Made by a program: the position numbers and the translations under genes
The notes under the pieces: generated by a model
What the model was told of the DNA's origin: nothing
The model's database searches: none
Seen by the model: only the letters and a program-made list of their open reading frames with translations
Assembly: GCF_964355755.1 (NCBI RefSeq)
Contig: NC_092676.1
Coordinates: 13,968,871-14,032,870, forward strand
DNA length: 64,000 nt
Direction: 5' to 3'
Source of the DNA: Antedon mediterranea
Lineage: Eukaryota > Animalia > Echinodermata
Part shown: piece after piece, positions 37,670-48,656 of the stretch
How the letters are laid out: each line of letters starts with the position of its first letter
How positions within the stretch are numbered: position 1 is the first letter of the stretch

Positions 37670-37940
37670 AATTATGTTGTCTGGTTATGCCCTAGCCCTA
37701 GGCTCAACTCATTCGTTTCCGGTTTGAGCGAAAGCCTCGCTTTCCATCACGGCTTGGGTAATTCGTCCGACTCCATACTTGGTTCACATCGACCTTTGCC
37801 TGACTTCCGAATCAGTCATCACTATGATAATACTGTTCTTTGGGGGGTGCCCGGCCTAAAGATAAACGACCTAAATCAAGTGGCAACATTCAAGCCAGAT
37901 TTTTGATAATCGACCTCGGATCGAATGACCTAGTTAAAAA
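37670..37940 (+). pseudogene. SGNH/GDSL hydrolase-like remnant in the Ngaro element
   Basis: VVWL..NSFV (block I-like), LWGVPG (block II-like), and KPDF/LIIDLGSNDL (block III, across a frameshift at ~37900). Confidence 0.6.
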
Positions 37941-38746
37941 GTAAGGTCTGCTTTCATGCACGGAGCCTCTTATGCTAACTTATGCCATTAAATAACAACA
38001 ATCTTATTATCTGTTTCTACTACTGCGTCACTTCGGACAATCCGGAACCGGATTTTAGAGGAAAATAAATACATAATTAAACAGAATAAACAAAATAAAA
38101 TGCCAGGCAACACACTGTTGACTCCATTTCTTATTTTCCCATTGTTTTACATCCAAAAAAAATAAATAATAACTTGTTTTTTTTTTTTCTTTCTTGATGC
38201 TACGCTAAACTGGCAAATATTTTGCACAAATCTGAATGGTTTATAGTTAGTATAGCATTCATCTTATGACTCTTGCTGGTTCCCCAAGTACATCTTCATT
38301 ATATTAAGACTCCTTTATTACTCATGCTCTTAAGTACAGCATTCATTATATGACTCATGCTGGTTTCCCTACTACCACCACATAATTTCTTATGCTGGTT
38401 CATTATATTACTCATGCTCTTAAGTACTGCATTCATTACATGACTCATGCTGGTTTCCCTACTACCACCACATAATTTCTTATGCTGGTTCATTACCTAC
38501 CCCCACATACGGCGGTGTTTTATCACTCATGCTCTTAAGTACAGCATCCATTTTATGACTCATGCTGGTTTCACTACTACCACCACATAATTTCTTATGC
38601 TGGTTCATTAACCCTTCTACCACCACATAATTTCTTATGCTGGTTCATTACCTACCTCCACATACGGCGGTGTTTTATCACTCATGCCCTTAAGTACAGC
38701 ATTCTTTATATGACTCATGCTGGTTATATGACTCATGCTGGTTTCA

Positions 38747-39905
38747 CTACTACCACCACATAATTTCTTATGCTGGTTCACCATTATATGAATAATACCA
38801 CCACATAATTTCTTATGCTGGTTTACCATTATATGACTACTACCACCACATAATTTCTTATGCTGGTTCACCATTATATGAATACTACCACCACATAATT
38901 TCTTATGCTGGTTTACCATTATATGAATACTACCACCACATAATTTCTTATGCTGGTTTACCATTATATGACTACTACCACCACATAATTTCTTATGCTG
39001 GTTCACCATTATATAACTACTACCACCACATAATTTCTTATGCTGGTTTACCATTATATGACTACTACCACCACATAATTTCTTATGCTGGTTCACCATT
39101 ATATGACTACTACCACCACATAATTTCTTATGCTGGTTTACCATTATATGACTACTACCACCACATAATTTCTTATGCTGGTTCACCATTATATGAATAC
39201 TACCACCACATAATTTCTTATGCTGGTTCACCATTATATGAATACTACCACCACATAATTTCTTATGCTGGTTTACCATTATATGAATACTACCACCACA
39301 TAATTTCTTATGCTGGTTTACCATTATATGACTACTACCACCACATAATTTCTTATGCTGGTTCACCATTATATGACTACTACCACCACATAATTTCTTA
39401 TGCTGGTTTACCATTATATGACTACTACCACCACATAATTTCTTATGCTGGTTCACCATTATATGACTACTACCACCACATAATTTCCTATGCTGGTTTA
39501 CCATTATATGACTACTACCACCACATAATTTCTTATGCTGGTTCACCATTATATGACTACTACCACCACATAATTTCTTATGCTGGTTTACCATTATATG
39601 ACTACTACCACCACATAATTTCTTATGCTGGTTTACCATTATATGACTACTACCACCACATAATTTCTTATGCTGGTTTACCATTATATGACTACTACCA
39701 CCACATAATTTCTTATGCTGGTTTACCATTATATGACTACTACCACCACATAATTTCTTATGCTGGTTCACCATTATATGACTACTACCACCACATAATT
39801 TCTTATGCTGGTTTACCATTATATTACTACTACCACCACATAATTTCTTATGCTGGTTTACCATTATATGACTACTACCACCACATAATTTCTTATGCTG
39901 GTTCA
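38747..39905. repeat. 45-bp tandem array, ~26 copies
   Basis: Unit ACTACTACCACCACATAATTTCTTATGCTGGTTYACCATTATATG; flanked by composite repeats at 38265-38746 and 39906-40310. Confidence 0.97.
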
Positions 39906-40461
39906 TTCATTATATTATGACTCATGCTGGTTCCCCTATTACCACCACATAATTACTTATGCTGGTTCATTAACCCTACTACCACCACATAATTTCTTAT
40001 GCTGGTTCATTACCCACCCCCACATACGGCGGTGTTTTTATCACTCATGCCCTTAAGTACAGCATTCATTATATGACTCATGCTGGTTTCCCTACTACCA
40101 CCGCATAATTACTTATGCTGGTTCATTAACTACCCCCACATACGGCGGTGTTTTATCACTCATGCTCTTAAGTACAGCATTCATTATATGACTCATGCTG
40201 GTTATATGACTCATGCTGGTCCCCCTACTATCACCCCATACGGCGGTGGTGTCTTATCACCCTCCTCTAAGTACAGCATTTCTTTAAATGACTCATGCTG
40301 GTTTCATTCTCTACCCCAATGCTGACTTTTGTCTCCAATCTTTTTTTTTTCCCTCCTTTAACATGGTTGCAGGGCCCTTTTCCCCTGCAACTTGATGATA
40401 TCTGTCCACACACATTTTTCTTTCCGTCTTAATTGCACAACGATTTTCTTACAGATACACC

Positions 40462-41637
40462 ATGTCAGGACGGAAAAGAACTAACAAGAGGTAAAAAATA
40501 CGGCACCAAAAAAAAAAAAAAAAAAAAAAAAAAAGAATTGTGCCAGTACCTGAATTTGACATAAATAAGAATTAAAGGACATGAGGCATATCGTCGAAAC
40601 CCTGGTAACTTCTGTGGTTGAGATTAATGTCGCTAAGCCGAACCTACCGGCAGCTCTCTTCCTCAAACCCCCTACCTTGTCAAAAACTTAAAGAGAAAAT
40701 AATCTCCCACAAATTCATCGAGCTGCACAATCTGCTCGACTTCAACAGCGCAGCGGAAGCTTTGACGCTAACGTTCACTGGTACCTTTGAACTTGTGCCT
40801 AAGCCCAAATGCCGCATCTCAAACGAACACAACTGGCACTAGGCCTTTCACGACTTTGCCACAATTTTATTTAAGTAAATATACGCAGGACATCTTAATT
40901 ATTTTAAGTATATTAAATACCTCATGCGCAGTCATCCAAATTAATGGTACTTTTACGACTGATAATTTCGAATGGCTACTGAGTACACACTTTGCTCTTG
41001 GTCATCGGTTCGAGCCGACCTCCTGCATAAACTAGACGCAACGAGCTAACCATAAACCTCTAACCCATCCAACCGTGGAGCGTCCACTCGGCTTCTCCTT
41101 CCATAACAGATTCAATAGATGTGTCCAGACAAACTGTCAGTATCGCCACTCGTTTTTCAGTGCTCGGGATCCCAATAATTCCCACTAGAATAAGCGCACT
41201 CCTATCTGGTTACAAACACCACGCTTACTTAACCCTATGTTTCGCTCATGGCTTCTACCTTACATGGGGCTGCTTTTACAGCAACTAACTCCCAAGCTAT
41301 CATCAACAACCTTCCGGAAATTCCGTACCTGAAAAATGTCGTATCCTCCACAACCTCTCCTATCCCTACGACTCAAACGCTGTCAATCACAACATCCCTG
41401 GGTTTTGCATAACAGTTCATTACGAAACAATTGCCAACGCAATAGACATAATTGACATACACAATCACCCGGCATTCATGGCCAAGACGGACACCAGTGA
41501 CGCATACAGACTAATACATTTACATCCCACTCAATATCACCTCACAGGTTTCACGTGGTTAGGCCAGTATTACTACGATAAAACGCTTCCCCAAGGCGGC
41601 GGATCTTCGTGTCAAATATTCAATAAGTTTTCTGACG
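40462..41637 (+). pseudogene. Ngaro gag and RT N-half (frameshifted)
   Basis: MSGRKRTNKR start, KEKIISHKFIELHNLL (gag-like), then RILHNLSYPYDSNAVN...AFMAKTDTSDAYRLIHLHPTQYHLTGFTWLGQYYYDKTLPQGGGSSCQIFNKFSD. Confidence 0.85.
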
Positions 41638-42234
41638 TTGACGTTGTTTTACGTTGACAAATTACAAGCACCATTACCAAGATTCCTGAGCATAAATGAC
41701 TTTAAAGTTAGGCTCTTCCACAATGGGCAAACAGATGAAAGGATCAAATGCTCAAGGTGTTTAAAGATCGGTCATAATGCATCCAAATGTTCAAATAACA
41801 TCGTATGCATGGCATGTGGATTAGAAGGGCATAGAAAAGATGAGTGCAGTGCGGAAAAGTTATTACTTAACGACTCTGGAGAACAACTAATTCAAGATAT
41901 GTGGGAACGTGTCATCGTTAAGAACAATACGAAAGATGCTAACACACATGAAAACAAAGAAATTATTAATGAAGAAGTTTCAAGCTCGGAGGAAAGTACA
42001 GGCAGTGAAGAGGAAGACAAGGAAGAAAGTGAAAGGCATGAACTTCAAGAGAAGCAAGGCAAGATCACGGACTTCCTTAAACAAGCCTCAACCAGCGAGA
42101 AGAAGGTAAAGGGAAAAGTGATTAACACCAACGAACAAAAGGATGACGAGGAAAACATCTCTCCTACCTTGCCAGGCTCAAAGAGAAGAAGAAAATCCGG
42201 TAAAAGTAAAAAACAAGTAACTATAGAAAAGTGA
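41638..42234 (+). CDS. Tx1 ORF1 C-terminal part (two CCHC zinc knuckles), 5'-truncated
   Basis: CSRCLKIGHNASKC and CMACGLEGHRKDEC followed by a charged tail; the frame starts at the insertion junction. Confidence 0.85.
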   Translation: MTLFYVDKLQAPLPRFLSINDFKVRLFHNGQTDERIKCSRCLKIGHNASKCSNNIVCMACGLEGHRKDECSAEKLLLNDSGEQLIQDMWERVIVKNNTKDANTHENKEIINEEVSSSEESTGSEEEDKEESERHELQEKQGKITDFLKQASTSEKKVKGKVINTNEQKDDEENISPTLPGSKRRRKSGKSKKQVTIEK

Positions 42235-42342
42235 GAGTGTTATACTATAATAGTTGTGCATGCTACTTTCGCTATTTTCCTTTAATACTGGTATTAATGT
42301 GTGTATGTATAATTACCAATGGTTCTTTAAATAAACCGATCA

Positions 42343-45300
42343 ATGTTTAATTCAAATTTTCATTGTATCTCGTTAAATATACGAGGTTTGCGTGATAATA
42401 CCAAGCAATTACAAATTGAAAAATGGTGTAAAGATCAAAAAACGGATGTGGTACTGTTACAGGAAACACATCTTACACAAGATTTATTTAAAAAATTCAA
42501 ATCGATTTGGAAAGGTGATTGTGTACATAGTATTAATAACTCGACTAGTGCAGGCGTGTCGATTTTATTCAGAAAAGGTTTCAATTATAAAGTGATAAAG
42601 CAAAGTGTAGGTAAAAATGGGAGATATATAATTATTAAAACAGAAATTAATAATAAGATTTTTGCGTTCATTAATGTATATGCCCCAAATAATAGCAAAA
42701 TGAGAAGCACATTCTTTAGAGATTTAAATAATATCATTTCAAATTTTATTGATATTGACAGTGATAGAATTATTTTGGGGGGTGATATTAATTGCGTACT
42801 TGATAGACGTTGTGACCAAAAAAATAGTGCTGATAGAAAAGACACATCTGTGTTTACGGTTAAGCATTTTATGAACAAATTGATGTTAAAAGATGCATGG
42901 AGAATTACAAATCCAAACAAAATACAATTTACTTGGCGTAGAAAACATAACCAAATTTATAGAAGACTAGATTATTGGTTTACCTCTAAAAATATTGTTG
43001 AATACAATGAAATAATATCATGTGATATTAGGCCAGCAATACTAACAGATCATCAAGCAATATCAATTAAAATTGGGTTACATCAATCTAAAAGGGGTCC
43101 TAGCTATTGGAAGCTTAATAATGATTTGTTGAAAAATATGGATTATCAAGACCATATTAGAGATATTATACATAATACCAAATACAACGAAAGTATCCTT
43201 AGCCCTGATTTAATTTGGGAAATTATAAAAGTGAAGGTTAAAGACTTTTCGATTTTTTACAGTAAAAAAATAAATAAAGAAAAAATTAAAAAAAAGGAAA
43301 AGCTTCAGAAGCAATTAAAAATTCTAAATGAAGCAATTGACCAGACTTGCACCCGTGAAAATGAATGTATTCTGACTGAAATTGAAGAAAAAACAAAAGT
43401 TCTAGAAAAAATTTATGAAAAGGAGGCGAAGGGTGCATATATACGTTCACGACTACAATGGATGGAAGAAGGTGAACGGAGTACTAAGTATTTTCTTGGG
43501 CTAGAGAAAAATAACGGTACAAAAAAACATATAAAAAGTATAAAAAAAGAAAATGGGACAATATTAACAAAACCTCAGAAAATCCTTAGTGAAGAAGTAA
43601 ATTTCTTTAAACAATTATATAGTAATAAGGATATTCCCTCAGCGGACATAAACAAATACTTAAATAATTCAAATGTATATATTTTATCAGAAGATGAGTA
43701 CAAGGTATGTGAAGGCCCAATAACAATAGCTGAATGCGAACAAGCTATTAAAAAAATGAAGCTAAACAAGGCTCCGGGATGTGATGGATTGCCAGTGGAA
43801 TTCTATAAATTATTTTGGAATGATATCAAACATATTGCTTGTAATGCCATAAACGAATGTTATAACAAAAATGAAATGAGTCACACGCAGAAACGCGGAG
43901 TGATCAATTTACTTTATAAAAAAGGTGACAAACAAATTTTAGAAAACTGGCGGCCTATAACTCTATTAAACACTGATTATAAGATGTTAACTCGTATATT
44001 ATGTACAAGATTAAAAAAGATTATTGCAAATATAATTGACAATGATCAAAAAGGATATATTAAAGGGCGTTTTGCGGGTGAAAATATAAGATTAATTAAT
44101 GATATTCTATTCTATACCAAAGATGAAGATATTGATGGTGCAATGTTATCACTTGACTTTAGTAAAGCTTTTGATTCTGTGAATAGGGAATTCATGTTCA
44201 AAGTATTAAAGAAGTTTAATTTTGGAGATTCTTTTCGTAAATGGGTATCAACAATTTATAATAATACCGAATGTGTAATTGTAAATAATGGATGGATTTC
44301 TGAAAGTTTTCAAATGAATAGTGGTATAAGACAGGGTTGTCCTTTGTCAGCGTTATTGTTTATTTTAACTGTAGAAATCATGGCCTGTAATATAAGAAAT
44401 GATGTGAATTTTGTAGGCATAGCTGTCCCCGACCCGGTGCAAAATGAAGAAATACGCATCGCCCAATTAGCGGACGACACAGTTATCTTTACTGGGAATG
44501 AGGATAGTATTGAGATAGGTTTAAATATTGTTACCAACGTTTGTAAAGTATCAGGTATGAGCCTTAACAAAAGAAAAACAAATGCCATGTGGATTGGTAG
44601 AAATATAAATAAAATTGAAAAACCATGTAACTTAAATTGGGTTAAAAAACCAATTAAAATTTTAGGAATATATGTAGGTTATAAAAAGGATGAATGTCAA
44701 GAACTAAACTGGGCTAATAAATTGTTAAGTTTAGAAAGACTACTCAACACGTGGAAAGGTAGAAACCTTACATATTTTGGAAAAGTTACAATTTTAAAGA
44801 GTCTCGGTTTATCTAAACTAATTTATAACGCCTCTATAATTGATGTACCAAATTATGTTGTTTTACAGGTGAATAAACTGACATACGATTTCCTATGGAA
44901 TGGAAAAGGGGAAAAAATTAAAAGAAAGACATTAATTGGCAAGCTAAAAGATGGAGGTATTAATATGCCGGATTTTGCATTACAGGTCAAAGCGCTCAAG
45001 GTTGCATGGGCGAGAAAATTAATATGTAGAAAGCATGTGAGATGGAAGCTATTACCAACATATTATATAAATAAGTTTGGAAATGAAAGATTGTTCTTTA
45101 GTATGTCAAATATTAACCTGGTAAATTGCATTACTTTGAAAAACATTCCTCCTTTTTATTTAAAAGTGATACAATGTTGTACTGAATTTAACGAAAACTG
45201 CTGCCATGAAATCAATACTTATGAAGAAGTTGTTAATCAAAGTTTATGGGGAAACAAATATATTGTGTACAAAAAAAGGTCTTTGTTTTATAAAAATTGG

Positions 45301-46059
45301 TTTGATTCAGGATTTAAAAAAATATTTGATATAATTAATTTTAACCGTTTGAAAACATCTAATGAAATCCTTGAAACACTACGTAATAAAATAAACTGGC
45401 TCATGGAATATGCTTCCTTAGTTGATGCTATTCCAAAAGATTGGATTAATATAATTAAAAATTACAACAAGAACGGGCCTACAAATATAAAAGATGAGTG
45501 CATCATAACTAATGACGCCTATATGCTGGAAACAAAACTTATATATTCGTGCTTTATTAAAGAAAAATTTATTTATCCGCATGTAATGGGCAAATGGAAT
45601 ATGGCCTTTAACACTCAGAAAATAAATTGGAGTGACGTTTGGATAAAAAAAGTGAAAAATGAAAAAAACAAAAAATATGCACAACTAAATTACAAGCTGT
45701 TGAACAAAATTGTTCCGACTAATCAAAGGCTTCATAAGTGGCATGTGAAAATGAATAATGTATGTGACTTATGTGGGGTAATTGAAGACGAAAAACACAT
45801 GTTTTTTGAATGCATACGAAATAAAACTTTATGGACAAACATAGATAACATTTTTAAAAATATTGACAATGGCAGAAGCTCTTTTAGAGAACTTCTTTTA
45901 GGGTCTGATTGTGAATACAAAAATGACTTATATTCAATTGCTGTCTTCTCAATATATAACATTAAGATTTTAACTGAATTAAACAAACCAGTGTGTAAAA
46001 ACTCTTGGATTGTATTTAAGTCTATTGTTAAGGATCTGAACAAACTAACGCTCATATAA
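42343..46059 (+). CDS. Tx1/L1 ORF2: APE endonuclease, reverse transcriptase, C-terminal zinc finger (intact, 1238 aa)
   Basis: SLNIRG, LQETH, VYAP, GGDIN, RLDY, TDH (APE); NWRPITLLNTDYK, LDFSKAFDSV, GIRQGCPLS, QLADDT (RT); CDLC-x8-H-x4-C. Confidence 0.97.
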   Translation: MFNSNFHCISLNIRGLRDNTKQLQIEKWCKDQKTDVVLLQETHLTQDLFKKFKSIWKGDCVHSINNSTSAGVSILFRKGFNYKVIKQSVGKNGRYIIIKTEINNKIFAFINVYAPNNSKMRSTFFRDLNNIISNFIDIDSDRIILGGDINCVLDRRCDQKNSADRKDTSVFTVKHFMNKLMLKDAWRITNPNKIQFTWRRKHNQIYRRLDYWFTSKNIVEYNEIISCDIRPAILTDHQAISIKIGLHQSKRGPSYWKLNNDLLKNMDYQDHIRDIIHNTKYNESILSPDLIWEIIKVKVKDFSIFYSKKINKEKIKKKEKLQKQLKILNEAIDQTCTRENECILTEIEEKTKVLEKIYEKEAKGAYIRSRLQWMEEGERSTKYFLGLEKNNGTKKHIKSIKKENGTILTKPQKILSEEVNFFKQLYSNKDIPSADINKYLNNSNVYILSEDEYKVCEGPITIAECEQAIKKMKLNKAPGCDGLPVEFYKLFWNDIKHIACNAINECYNKNEMSHTQKRGVINLLYKKGDKQILENWRPITLLNTDYKMLTRILCTRLKKIIANIIDNDQKGYIKGRFAGENIRLINDILFYTKDEDIDGAMLSLDFSKAFDSVNREFMFKVLKKFNFGDSFRKWVSTIYNNTECVIVNNGWISESFQMNSGIRQGCPLSALLFILTVEIMACNIRNDVNFVGIAVPDPVQNEEIRIAQLADDTVIFTGNEDSIEIGLNIVTNVCKVSGMSLNKRKTNAMWIGRNINKIEKPCNLNWVKKPIKILGIYVGYKKDECQELNWANKLLSLERLLNTWKGRNLTYFGKVTILKSLGLSKLIYNASIIDVPNYVVLQVNKLTYDFLWNGKGEKIKRKTLIGKLKDGGINMPDFALQVKALKVAWARKLICRKHVRWKLLPTYYINKFGNERLFFSMSNINLVNCITLKNIPPFYLKVIQCCTEFNENCCHEINTYEEVVNQSLWGNKYIVYKKRSLFYKNWFDSGFKKIFDIINFNRLKTSNEILETLRNKINWLMEYASLVDAIPKDWINIIKNYNKNGPTNIKDECIITNDAYMLETKLIYSCFIKEKFIYPHVMGKWNMAFNTQKINWSDVWIKKVKNEKNKKYAQLNYKLLNKIVPTNQRLHKWHVKMNNVCDLCGVIEDEKHMFFECIRNKTLWTNIDNIFKNIDNGRSSFRELLLGSDCEYKNDLYSIAVFSIYNIKILTELNKPVCKNSWIVFKSIVKDLNKLTLI

Positions 46060-46434
46060 TGTTAAAAGAGTTACCGGTACCTAATAAATTTATTAAACGT
46101 TGTTTTATATCTTTGTATATAATGTCTATAAGATGTATATAAATGGTATGTATATTGTCTGTGTACAATGTGAATAATAACAAACCATGAAAGCAGGAGG
46201 ATAATATTGGAAACAATATGTGAAAAACTAAAATTTACAAAAATTACTGATATTTTTTTTTTGAGCAGAAAAAGATAAAGAAAAATGTAGAATATTAACG
46301 GAAAACAATATAATTAAAGAAAGAACATATGAAGACAGATATTACTGATTTATTTGTAATGTATTTAATTATGATATGAAAGAATAAAGGTGGTGGTTCA
46401 CGCCACAAAAGAGAAAAAAAAAAGTTTTCTGACG

Positions 46435-47435
46435 GAGTGAAATTTTTCCTTATAAAAAAGTTAAAACAGCCCAATAACGTGAAAATATTAGACGACATCC
46501 TCGTCATTGAAGACACACACCAACTGTGTGCGAACTCCTTGAAGATATCCAAGGCGCTTGCTAACCGCGGTGGCATACCTCTAGCACCGCACAAAACAAT
46601 TTCACCCACCACCACCATTTCCTTCCTGGGTATTGAACTTGATTTACAGAAAATGTAAGACAGGCTTCCATCTGAGATAATAAAATTACGTTACTCCCTT
46701 TAAAGTTCAAAACTTCACTCAACTACATTGAGAGCCCCCCAATCTCTTTGAAAAGCTACAATTTGCCACCTGGGTTATACCCTCTGGACTGGCGTTCCTA
46801 AGAAGGCTTAATGCCCTAACGGCCGGTCTAACTAACCCCTTTTCAACTATTCACCTTTCTGACTCAGCAAAGGAGGATCTCCAAATTTGGGCCGACTTTC
46901 TTAGCAAACACAATGGCGTTACCATTTTTCACCCCCACAAAAATTTGACTCGCAGCGTTTACATTTCTCCTCTGATGCCTCAAAAACCGCACTTGGTGCG
47001 ACCTTCCAAAAGTTCTGGATTCAAGGCCGCTGGCCGGAAACTTGGAAAATGTTCGACATCATGGTTCTCGAAATTTACCCCATCTATGTCATGCTTTCGA
47101 TTTTTGCAAAACAGCTAGCCAACACCCATGTAGTTTTCCACTGTGATAACCTAGCTGATGTATATGTGCTTAACAAAAAATTGTCATCAAACGAAAAGGT
47201 CATGAGAGTGGTTCGCGCTATCGTCCTTTTGTTACTACTAAACAACATTCAGTTTACAGCCAGGCACATCCCTGGTAAGCAAAACAGGATATGTGACGCT
47301 CTTTCTCGTTTTCAGGAAACGGAGGCCATGCTAGAGGAGCACAGTATGAACCGCACACCGCTAAAGATACCAAAGCACTTACAACCAATCTACTTCGAAC
47401 CACTAAACAACTCAAGATCCTCACACGAGAGCTAA
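46435..47435 (+). pseudogene. Ngaro RT C-half and RNase H (disrupted)
   Basis: KILDDILV...GIPLAPHKT...FLGIELD, continuing the frame broken at 41637; SDAS, LEIYPI, FHCDN, HIPGKQNRICDALSR. Confidence 0.9.
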
Positions 47436-47439
47436 TGTG

Positions 47440-48000
47440 GAACTCATTAAGTAAATGAACCGCTAGTAACTTTAAAAGCAAATGGCACCATTTTAACCAA
47501 TTCGGGAAATCACTAAGCCTTCCGCTACCAGCGACTCCACAGACAATTGTTCTCTATGTAAGTAAGCTGACTAAAAATGCACTGGCGATTTCCACGATTC
47601 GAAACTACCTTAGCCCAGTGTCATTCGTGCACAGGGTATCATTTATGGAAGACCTTACCGCAAATCCAGCAGTCAGCAATTTATGCAGAGGAGTAGCGAA
47701 ACAAAAAACCAACTCTCCATCCAAACCGATCAGACCGCCGGTCACCTCCGACATTCTTGTAACGCTAATTGGACATATGCGAGGTAGCATGAAATCCAAA
47801 TACGAATTCATCCTATACAGAGCCTTGTTCATAATATGTTACTTCGCATGCCTCAGAGCATGGAGTAAACTCCATGCTCAGAGCCAGTGAAGCAGTAGTC
47901 TCCAAGGCCGCAGAACACACACTAATGCTATAAACAATTAGCTCGCCATGCTAGTCTGGAACATACACAGTTTAACACTCATTCTTTCAGAATCGGTCGA
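47440..48000 (+). pseudogene. Ngaro tyrosine recombinase remnant
   Basis: STIRNYLSPVSFVHRV...RPPVT...LYRALFIICYFACLR-ASE (catalytic Arg box, split by the 18-bp insertion); no C-terminal HxxR/Y region recognisable. Confidence 0.8.
47859..47876. mobile_element. 18-bp palindromic micro-insertion with 7-bp TSD, copy 2
   Basis: CTCAGAG-CATGGAGTAAACTCCATG-CTCAGAG; removing 25 bp restores CLRASEAVV. Confidence 0.88.
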
Positions 48001-48221
48001 GCTACCGACCTTCACCAACTTTGACACTCTCACCAAGACATTTTGATTTTTGGACGATGGTCGAACCACATAACTTTGTCAAATACAGCGTTGTAAATAT
48101 GGGTGCTGGCTGGTTGGCATATTTCCTAAGCATGACTGGGTATTAAGCGTCAAGCTTAAACAAAGTTTGATACTTATTTTTTCTGTATATCGTTTTACTT
48201 ATTTTATTTTTGTTTTCTTTC

Positions 48222-48656
48222 GGTGACAGCATAGGTTGCACCGCCAATTATAATCATATGTTCAATCGGAGTCAACACGTTGCTCCAGGTAGACTAATAA
48301 GTTATTTATATGTTTTCGGTATTGCACCGTTTATTAAACTCAATTCTCAAACGCGTACTGGAGTCAACACATGTTGCCCCAGGCAGACTAATGTAGATTG
48401 TTTCTATACGTTTTTCGGTGCCAACATTTGATTACACTGCCTACCTAATTAAAATGTTTAAACATGTACTGGAGTCAACACATGTTGCTCCAGGTAGACT
48501 AATGTAGGTGTTTCTATACGTTTTTCGATGTCAATATTTGGTTGCTCCACCTATCAGGCACTAATGGTCAACCGGGTACTGGAGTCAACACATGTTGCTC
48601 CAGGTAGACTATGTAGATAGTTTCTATACGTTCTGGGTGTCAACATATGTTGCACC
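48222..48656. repeat. Array of nine ~21-bp imperfect palindromes, ~55-bp period (110-bp higher-order unit)
   Basis: GGWGTCAACAYATGTTGCWCC-like motifs at 48222, 48268, 48318, 48360, 48417, 48471, 48527, 48581 and 48636. Confidence 0.8.

Larger units (their letters stand above)
41638..46421 (+). mobile_element. Tx1/L1-clade LINE, 5'-truncated within ORF1, inserted in the Ngaro RT
   Basis: 13-bp TSD AAGTTTTCTGACG (41625-41637 / 46422-46434); ends AATAAAGGTGGTGGTTCACGCCAC plus an A-rich tail. Confidence 0.95.

Noticed and set aside
38635-39906. 423-aa repetitive ORF (MVNQHKKLCGGSSHI)n
   Set aside because: By-product of a 45-bp unit lacking a stop in that frame; antisense to the element, with no unique domain.
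40508-40534. Poly(A) run in gag as a retro-insertion
   Set aside because: No flanking duplication seen; more likely slippage expansion.
42585-46055. Antisense ORFs within Tx1 ORF2 (and within the L2 and BEL coding regions)
   Set aside because: Shadow frames of real coding sequence.
48222-48656. CRISPR array
   Set aside because: Eukaryotic TE context, no cas genes, degenerate repeats, and alternate spacers are homologous to each other.
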